Shown: positions 9,611 to 14,831 of the stretch, piece after piece
How the letters are laid out: every line of letters begins with the position of its first letter
Numbering within the stretch: position 1 is the stretch's first letter
IMG/VR virus record: IMGVR_UViG_2537561713_000005
DNA: 14,831 nt
Source: a virus
Lineage: Duplodnaviria; Heunggongvirae; Uroviricota; Caudoviricetes
Direction: 5' to 3' (one strand)
The notes under the pieces: model-generated
The model's input: only the letters and a program-made list of their open reading frames with translations
Databases searched by the model: none
What the model was told of the DNA's origin: nothing
Made by a program: the position numbers and the translations under genes

Positions 9611-10171
9611 TCAGGAAGGAAGGGTTATTTCGGTGTGATGTTCGATATCGCCGTCAGGCCCGTTACCGGGCTCGAGATAATCAACATCAATCGCCAGCGT
9701 TTGCAGTTCATCCAGACTGTTCAGATCATCCTGCTGGCGGGTATCGTCTTCAGTCAGCTCGCTGATGACCGAAAAATCGAACTGATAAATCAGCTCATGA
9801 CGATTCAGATCCAGCAGCGTGCCGCCGTCATAGGTAATCGGGTTACCGCACGCTTCCGGGTTCCAGCCCAGCAAGGCCTTAAAGAGCATCTGCCGGACAT
9901 CGTCCACCACATCATACGAAGCAAACTGACCGAGCTCATCACGCCCGTTACTCAGTATGACAACCACGGAGAAGCCCTCTTTCAGCTCCTGCCAGTAGTC
10001 GGTCTGGCTTTTGTTTTCTCCCGGAGAGTCATCACCCGGTACCACATACGCCGCCGGGAGTCTCAGCTTTCCGACCTCCGGCAGATTTTTGAACTGTGCC
10101 GCGCCTGCCACCCGGTTTTCAAAATACGGGCAGCGGGCACGCAGCGCAGCAATAACAGGCGTCAGTTTCAT
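9611..10171 (-). CDS. Neck / tail-proximal virion protein, Mu gp37-like
   Basis: 186-aa acidic ORF; ATGA overlap with the upstream gene; synteny. Confidence 0.45.
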   Translation of the reverse strand: MKLTPVIAALRARCPYFENRVAGAAQFKNLPEVGKLRLPAAYVVPGDDSPGENKSQTDYWQELKEGFSVVVILSNGRDELGQFASYDVVDDVRQMLFKALLGWNPEACGNPITYDGGTLLDLNRHELIYQFDFSVISELTEDDTRQQDDLNSLDELQTLAIDVDYLEPGNGPDGDIEHHTEITLPS

Positions 10172-10674
10172 CTGCGTCGTCGCTCAGGCTTCAGTGATTT
10201 ACGTAATTCTCGCGCCAGAAAATAGCGTGTCCAGCTGCGGTTCTTTTCAAGCGTTTCCACCATAAAGTTATTACGTGGAGCCAGCCGCCAGCCGCTGCCA
10301 CCGGATGCACCACGATGATGACTACGACGACGTTTTGCTCCTCCCCGGACACCAAAAAACAGAAACGCCGGATAGAAGTCACCAGAGATCATCCGGTTCC
10401 CCTTCCCGTTGCGCTGGTTAGGGGCAATGCGTGTCATAAAACCGGCTCGCTTTTTACTGGCTCTCGGCACCATGTAACCAATCGAACGAGCCAGGCGTCC
10501 GGTCTGATAACCGGGGTTTTCACCCGGTGCCGACCGCGCACGGCGCATCACCAGCCGACGGGCATCACGCATATGACGCTGCCCAATCGTGACAAACGCC
10601 CGCCGGACACGGGCGCGGTTAAAGCGCATCTCGGCGGGCTGCTGAACATCAACGTGAAAAAAGGGAGTCGCCAT
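10168..10674 (-). CDS. HK97 gp10-like head-tail joining / tail completion protein (very Arg-rich)
   Basis: 168-aa basic ORF containing YQTGRLARSIGYMV, resembling the TGrLrnSI motif I recall for the HK97 gp10 family; overlaps the upstream gene by 26 nt. Confidence 0.45.
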   Translation of the reverse strand: MATPFFHVDVQQPAEMRFNRARVRRAFVTIGQRHMRDARRLVMRRARSAPGENPGYQTGRLARSIGYMVPRASKKRAGFMTRIAPNQRNGKGNRMISGDFYPAFLFFGVRGGAKRRRSHHRGASGGSGWRLAPRNNFMVETLEKNRSWTRYFLARELRKSLKPERRRR

Positions 10675-11059
10675 TGCTGCCTCCGTGACTCTGCGTAAAT
10701 TCGCCCAGTTCCGTACACTCCAGCAGCAGAAAGCGCCGCGCCCCGTTCAGATCGCGCTGACGTTTCACCCGGTACACACTGTCATCACAGACCACCTCAT
10801 AATCAGCAGTGATCCCGCGGCGGTAGCGAATGGTGATGTAATGGGTGATGGCGTCCCCGGTCTGCGCGGTTTCCTGCCAGGTGGTGGCACTGGTCTGGAT
10901 AACCTTCGCCCATGCCCGGAACGCAACCGGGTATTGAGGCTCCACGCCAAAGTTATCCGCGGGCATATCCACCCGCTGGCGGATCAGGACGCGTTTATTC
11001 AGTTCGCCGGGGTCCGGCAGTATGTAGGTTGCGCTGGTCTGCGCCTGACGAATTTTCAT
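10649..11059 (-). CDS. Head-tail adaptor / head closure protein
   Basis: 136-aa ORF directly after the gp6-like connector gene (ATGA overlap); size and position typical. Confidence 0.5.
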   Translation of the reverse strand: MKIRQAQTSATYILPDPGELNKRVLIRQRVDMPADNFGVEPQYPVAFRAWAKVIQTSATTWQETAQTGDAITHYITIRYRRGITADYEVVCDDSVYRVKRQRDLNGARRFLLLECTELGEFTQSHGGSNGDSLFSR

Positions 11060-11379
11060 AGTGGTATAAGGCGATAAGGAGCAACCAACCAGTTAAAACT
11101 CATTGGCAACTCCATTTTCTCAACGTCTGTAACCGTTGAGCGGTTTTCGTAGAAATGGCTGACAAGTAGCAGAAGTGCCAGCTTCACATCATCAGATATC
11201 ACAAGCCCATCAGGATCATCCGCAGGCCTGTCATCTGCGGTTGCATACAACTTACGGTTAAGGAAGTTTTCCGTACGACTCTGAGCGGCCTTACCAAGCA
11301 GTTCAAGCAACTCATCTTCATCAGAGAAATCATCATCCAGACGGAGCTGAAGCTTAATCTCTTCCATTTTTAACAGCAT
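11056..11379 (-). CDS. gp6-like head-tail connector protein
   Basis: Track ORF extends to 11424, but ATG at 11379 has AGGAGG 4 nt upstream (MLLKMEEIKLQLRLDDDFSDEDELLELL…); the upstream extension runs through stem-loops. Confidence 0.55.
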   Translation of the reverse strand: MLLKMEEIKLQLRLDDDFSDEDELLELLGKAAQSRTENFLNRKLYATADDRPADDPDGLVISDDVKLALLLLVSHFYENRSTVTDVEKMELPMSFNWLVAPYRLIPL

Positions 11380-11389
11380 AAAACCTCCT

Positions 11390-11431
11390 GTGCCCGCCAG
11401 AACGCGGGCACAAAAAAACCGCATTACGCGG
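11390..11431 (-). terminator. Tandem stem-loops with U7 tract downstream of the major capsid gene (partial terminator/attenuator candidate)
   Basis: Minus strand after the capsid stop: GCCGC-GTAAT-GCGGT hairpin, TTTTTTT, then a perfect 8-bp stem GTGCCCGC-gttctg-GCGGGCAC, directly followed by AGGAGG and the ATG of the next gene. Confidence 0.35.
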
Positions 11432-11457
11432 CGTGCTGTATTACGTAAAAAGACTAA

Positions 11458-12687
11458 TCAACCACCAACGCTACCTTTCCCCACCAGCGCTTTAATGGCA
11501 GAGGTGTCTTCCAGGATACAGTCAAAACGATGGAAGGCCAGAAAACCGGTCTGATCATATTCCGCGTAACGCTCAACCAGACGTTTAAGAATCATGTATC
11601 GCACACGACGGATAATGAAGCGATCAAAGTCACCACAGAACATGAATTTTTTACCCGCCCCGATATCATCAATTTCCTGATCAATGACATACGGTACATT
11701 CAACACTGAAGCAGGTGCCACACCAACAATATCCGGCAACCATAAAGGGCGTCCCTGACCGTCTTCCATCTCACTGATCAGTTTCAGCGTATTATCGTTA
11801 AACGCCAGGCGGAATTTCGGTCCGCGACGATATGCAGGATCAATGCTGTGTTTCAGAGCCAGAATTTCCTGCCACTTCACCGTATTTGCCGCGGCAGTCT
11901 GTGTTGTGCCGGTCACAGATGCGACCAGCCCTTTGGGTTGTTTAGGCGTACCAGCACCAGTTCCCTGAATCAGATAACGGGCTTCACCACGACCAATACG
12001 TTCAGCAATGCGACGGGCAAGATAAGCTTCCATATCGATCGCACTGTCCTGCAGCAACTCATTAGACACACGAATTATTTTCGATGTCATTTTGAGCGCC
12101 CCAAGGCTTCCCATACCGAAATCGGTGTCTTCTTCACCGGCTTCTTCATTTTCGCCCAGCAGAACACCAACTTCGGAAGTACCATCAGCTGTTGCCCACT
12201 CCATAGTGCGACCGTCAGAAGTGGTAAGAATCTGCGCCACACTGGCGATGCCACCGTAGGATTTCATCTTCTCAACAACTTTCGCCAGGAATGTTTCTGG
12301 TACGGTATATCCGCCCTTTTCATCCTGAGCTACGCCCTGGGCACGAAGTTCACGCAACGCCTTTCGTTCTTCTGATGTCAGCTCACTGGCACCGTGACGC
12401 ATCCACTTATCAAAAACCTGAGCTCGTTTCTCATCCTGTTGTGGATTGTTTTCCGGATCAAGATTCTGACGCTGCTCTTCCTCATTGCTTTCAATGTACG
12501 CCTGATCCTGACGACGCAGTTCTTCTTCGCGTGCAATTCGTTCATCAAGCGCTTCCAGTTCGGATTTTGCTTTGTTCCACTCAGTGCGCTGCTCTTCCGT
12601 CCATGCGTTATCACCAATTTTTTCATTCAGGGCGCGCATGTCAGTTGCGATAGTATTACGTTTCTGTTTCAGTTCATGCAGTTTCAT
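11458..12687 (-). CDS. Major capsid protein, HK97 family, with N-terminal coiled-coil delta (scaffold) domain
   Basis: 409 aa; the first ~100 residues are charged and helical (…EEQRTEWNKAKSELEALDERIAREEELRRQDQ…), followed by a capsid-like body; AAGGAA SD 5 nt before ATG; sits right after the prohead protease gene. Confidence 0.85.
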   Translation of the reverse strand: MKLHELKQKRNTIATDMRALNEKIGDNAWTEEQRTEWNKAKSELEALDERIAREEELRRQDQAYIESNEEEQRQNLDPENNPQQDEKRAQVFDKWMRHGASELTSEERKALRELRAQGVAQDEKGGYTVPETFLAKVVEKMKSYGGIASVAQILTTSDGRTMEWATADGTSEVGVLLGENEEAGEEDTDFGMGSLGALKMTSKIIRVSNELLQDSAIDMEAYLARRIAERIGRGEARYLIQGTGAGTPKQPKGLVASVTGTTQTAAANTVKWQEILALKHSIDPAYRRGPKFRLAFNDNTLKLISEMEDGQGRPLWLPDIVGVAPASVLNVPYVIDQEIDDIGAGKKFMFCGDFDRFIIRRVRYMILKRLVERYAEYDQTGFLAFHRFDCILEDTSAIKALVGKGSVGG

Positions 12688-12697
12688 GATGTTTCCT

Positions 12698-13300
12698 TTA
12701 CGCGTTAAGAAGGGTCAGGACGCGTTCACGCGCCATACGTTGATTAATGGCTTTCTGTAGCGCGCCGCTGTTGCGCGCCTCCTGCCATGCTTTCATGGAG
12801 CGAACAGCCGAGTCAGCCTCCTGATAGGCAGGATATGTCACAGGACTGACATCCAGCAGACGGGAAAAGCGGGTTATCTCGCGAATAACAACCCCGTCCT
12901 CATCCTGATACCACTCCTCGCCGTCACGGGCGACACGGAAAGCAAAAGATGACTGGTTAATATCTCCACGTTGCATCGGGGCCAGCACCAGATCACGAAT
13001 GGTCTGTGTCTCCGGAGCCTGGATGTCATAGCGCAATCCGCGCTCATCAACTGAAAGATTCAGCGTGCCTGCTGCACTACGCCCAAGAATAAAATTAGGA
13101 TCGTGGTTAAACAGTGCGCGTACATCATCACCAAGCACATCGTCAAAAGCGCCGGGCCGGATGATTTCGCGGAATGAACCAAATATCAGCTCAGAACGAC
13201 AGTCAAACACCGATCCATAACCGATAATGTGCGCAGGGTTATCGTCATGCCGCTCAGCACGCACCTCACCGCTGTAACAACGGATTTCACGGTCATTCAT
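12698..13300 (-). CDS. Prohead maturation protease, HK97 family
   Basis: Track ORF runs to 13357; I prefer ATG 13300 (MNDREIRCYSGEV…), which overlaps the portal stop as ATGAATGA and has GAGGG upstream. Body motifs (…HIIGYGSVFDCRSELIFGSFREIIRPGAFDDVL…NHDPNFILGRS…) are protease-like. Confidence 0.8.
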   Translation of the reverse strand: MNDREIRCYSGEVRAERHDDNPAHIIGYGSVFDCRSELIFGSFREIIRPGAFDDVLGDDVRALFNHDPNFILGRSAAGTLNLSVDERGLRYDIQAPETQTIRDLVLAPMQRGDINQSSFAFRVARDGEEWYQDEDGVVIREITRFSRLLDVSPVTYPAYQEADSAVRSMKAWQEARNSGALQKAINQRMARERVLTLLNA

Positions 13301-13901
13301 TGGTTTTTCCCTCATCATTTTTTGGGGGCTTAAAATCTCCTGCCGGGTTAGCAGCATTCACGCTTACCAGCATCTCATCCAGCCCTTCAACCGGATTCAT
13401 ATCCTCGAATGCGCGGGCTTCATTACGGCTCATCCATCCATCGGTAATAGCGAAGTGATAGAATTGCGCGCGCTCCTGCGGAGTTCCGCGTAAAAGCCCC
13501 GTCAGATTGAACCTAACGTAATACCCGGCGGCTAACTCAGCGCGGGTAAACAAGCGACGGTTAAGCTCCTGCTCCCAGTTCGTTACCCACGGCATCATCG
13601 TGTAGCGGACAAACTGAATCGCCTGCGCAGAAATATTGGAGAAGGTGGCTTTTTCGAGGTCATTAATCATGTGCGCAGGAATATTGAAAATACCGGCAAT
13701 CATTGAACGGTTCAGTTTCATCATGTCAATGATCTGAGCGTCAACTGGCGACACAGTCAGTGCCTTGTAATCCAGTCGGGACTGGCCTGGCTTGTATTGC
13801 TTCCAGCCCTCGCTTTTGTGGCTTTCGCAATAACCTGACGGGTCAGTCGTGGTATGGCGGCAGCCGCGAACTCGGCAGGCTTTTGGGGTTCGTGGTGGCA
13901 T
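13293..13901 (-). pseudogene. Chimeric ORF: HNH-endonuclease-like N-terminus (~45 aa) joined in frame to the portal C-terminal ~165 aa; likely deletion remnant
   Basis: ATG 13901 with GGAG 5 nt upstream; begins MPPRTPKACRVRGCRHTTTDPSGYCESH (Cx4GC…GYCxxH zinc-ribbon start of terminase-associated phage HNH endonucleases), then …GLLRGTPQERAQFYHFAITDGWMSRNEARAFEDMNPVEG…, typical of the HK97-family portal C-terminus. Far too short for a portal. Confidence 0.6.
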
Positions 13902-14020
13902 ATGTACTCCAATGAAGAAGCTACCGACATAGCCTCCTCCATTCGTCGTGAAACTATTTTCATCTACCCAGTAATGAATTCTTTGAAGAGTTGTAATCAA
14001 TACAACTCGCTAATGGAGAG

Positions 14021-14044
14021 GCTTGTCTCACACGTGAGACAAGC
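14021..14044. promoter_or_regulatory. Perfect inverted repeat GCTTGTCTCA-CACG-TGAGACAAGC with T-rich 3' flank
   Basis: 10-11 bp arms centred on CACGTG, followed on the plus strand by TTCCTGTTTGATTT; lies in the divergent intergenic region. Confidence 0.3.
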
Positions 14045-14123
14045 TTCCTGTTTGATTTACTGGACACTATAGAAGGACAGAATGCCTTCCTCACTCGAAT
14101 CACATCAATTAAGGAGGTTCAAC

Positions 14124-14246
14124 ATGTTTCATTCCACAAGTCATCAGGCTGTAATTATGGCAGCATCAGTTTGTGCCACAGACCTTTTCCGCTTCACTTT
14201 GAGCCTGATTCATTTCTACCTGACCGGCTCGCCTCTATCTTTTTAA
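14124..14246 (+). CDS. Hypothetical small protein (40 aa), hydrophobic
   Basis: Not in the track (under length cutoff). AAGGAGG 6 nt upstream of ATG 14124. My translation: MFHSTSHQAVIMAASVCATDLFRFTLSLIHFYLTGSPLSF; stop TAA at 14244..14246. Confidence 0.4.
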   Translation: MFHSTSHQAVIMAASVCATDLFRFTLSLIHFYLTGSPLSF

Positions 14247-14426
14247 TCCCCGCTTTATCCAAATTGCATTGCCAGAATGCCGACAACAGACTGACATTCA
14301 AATCCTGACTACCTCCAATAGTCTGACCGTACACCTATATAGTTTTAATTTTCATCAATCCATTTAACTATCGTTTAATTGTTGTCACATAGGATTCTGC
14401 CGTTTTTAACAATGCAGGATAATAAG

Positions 14427-14720
14427 ATGAAAAAAATGTTATTTTCTGCCGCTCTGGCAATGCTTATTACAGGATGTGCTCAACAGACGTTTACTGTTGG
14501 AAACAAACCGACAGCAGTAACACCAAAGGAAACCATCACCCATCATTTCTTCGTTTCGGGAATTGGACAGGAGAAAACTGTTGATGCAGCCAAAATTTGT
14601 GGCGGCGCAGAAAATGTGGTTAAAACAGAAACCCAGCAAACATTCGTAAATGGATTGCTCGGTTTTATTACTTTAGGCATTTATACTCCGCTGGAAGCGC
14701 GGGTGTATTGCTCACAATAA
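14427..14720 (+). CDS. bor: Bor family outer-membrane lipoprotein (lambda Bor / Iss-like)
   Basis: 97 aa from ATG 14427 (AGGA 7 nt upstream): MKKMLFSAALAMLITGCAQQTFTV…EARVYCSQ, with signal peptide and lipobox LITG|C; near-identical to lambda Bor as I recall it. The track start at 14379 is an upstream in-frame extension. Confidence 0.9.
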   Translation: MKKMLFSAALAMLITGCAQQTFTVGNKPTAVTPKETITHHFFVSGIGQEKTVDAAKICGGAENVVKTETQQTFVNGLLGFITLGIYTPLEARVYCSQ

Positions 14721-14730
14721 TTGCATGAGT

Positions 14731-14748
14731 TGCCCATCGATATGGGCA
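14731..14748. terminator. Hairpin between the convergent bor and Rz 3' ends
   Basis: TGCCCAT-cgat-ATGGGCA, 7-bp stem, in the 31-nt gap between the two stop codons; no clear U tract on either side. Confidence 0.25.
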
Positions 14749-14751
14749 GCG

Positions 14752-14831
14752 CTATCTGCACTGCTCATTAATATACTTCTGGGTTCCTTCCAGTTGTTTT
14801 TGCATAGTGATCAGCCTCTCTCTGAGGGTGA
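14752..14831 (-). CDS. Rz: Rz-like i-spanin, C-terminal 25 codons (partial, starts beyond window end)
   Basis: Minus-strand frame reads …TLRERLITMQKQLEGTQKYINEQCR then TAG at 14754..14752, matching the lambda Rz C-terminus as I recall it; convergent with bor as in lambda. Confidence 0.7.
   Translation of the reverse strand, partial: TLRERLITMQKQLEGTQKYINEQCR

Noticed and set aside
9635-10225. 196-aa plus-strand ORF (likewise 4113..4610, 11848..12375, 10315..10698, 10685..11077 and other plus-strand track ORFs between 300 and 13900)
   Set aside because: All are antisense to tightly packed minus-strand structural genes with a coherent Mu/HK97 gene order; none has a convincing start context.
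11380-11424. Longer N-terminus for the gp6-like connector (MRFFCARVLAGTGGF…)
   Set aside because: That stretch is the GC-rich hairpin region; the AGGAGG-proximal ATG at 11379 is a better start.
13301-13357. Longer N-terminus for the prohead protease
   Set aside because: It would overlap the portal C-terminus by 65 nt; ATG 13300 gives the usual ATGA-type junction and has an SD.
13757-13963. 68-aa minus-strand ORF in an alternative frame
   Set aside because: Entirely inside the chimeric HNH/portal ORF in another frame; no independent support.
13902-14000. Upstream extension of the 235-aa track ORF (MITTLQRIHYWVDENSFTTNGGGYVGSFFIGVH…)
   Set aside because: The HNH-type motif begins exactly at the internal Met 13901, which has its own SD; the upstream open frame looks fortuitous.
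14379-14426. Upstream start for bor (MLSHRILPFLTMQDNK…)
   Set aside because: The lipoprotein signal peptide and SD fit ATG 14427; the extension would bury the signal peptide.
14752-14831. Embedded Rz1 (o-spanin) gene within Rz
   Set aside because: Only the last 25 Rz codons are in the window; in lambda Rz1 ends upstream of this, so nothing can be supported here.
1-14831. CRISPR arrays, tRNA/tmRNA genes, integrase/att sites, reverse transcriptase or DGR near the tail fiber, toxin-antitoxin or restriction-type defence genes
   Set aside because: I searched by eye for direct repeats, cloverleaf-like segments and characteristic motifs and found none; essentially all coding capacity is accounted for by structural genes.

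Overview
This window is a phage or prophage late region, almost all coding, read mainly on the minus strand. From right to left: the C-terminal end of a lambda-Rz-like spanin gene (minus), a convergent bor lipoprotein gene (plus) preceded by an unlisted 40-codon ORF with a strong Shine-Dalgarno, then on the minus strand a chimeric ORF (HNH-endonuclease-like N-terminus joined to a portal C-terminus), an HK97-type prohead protease and major capsid protein, head-tail joining genes, and a complete Mu-type contractile tail module ending in the start of a tail fiber gene at the left edge. The mosaic (lambda-like lysis/bor, HK97-like head, Mu-like tail) resembles SfV/e14-type enterobacterial prophages; that is my inference from remembered protein families, not a database search. 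No terminase genes and no portal N-terminus are present where synteny predicts them, so the element looks packaging-defective. I saw no tRNA, rRNA, CRISPR array, integrase or recognisable defence system. The least explained DNA is 13.9-14.4 kb (palindrome, SP6-promoter-like motif, small ORF). Coordinates include stop codons, following the ORF track; all homology calls are from memory and motifs only.
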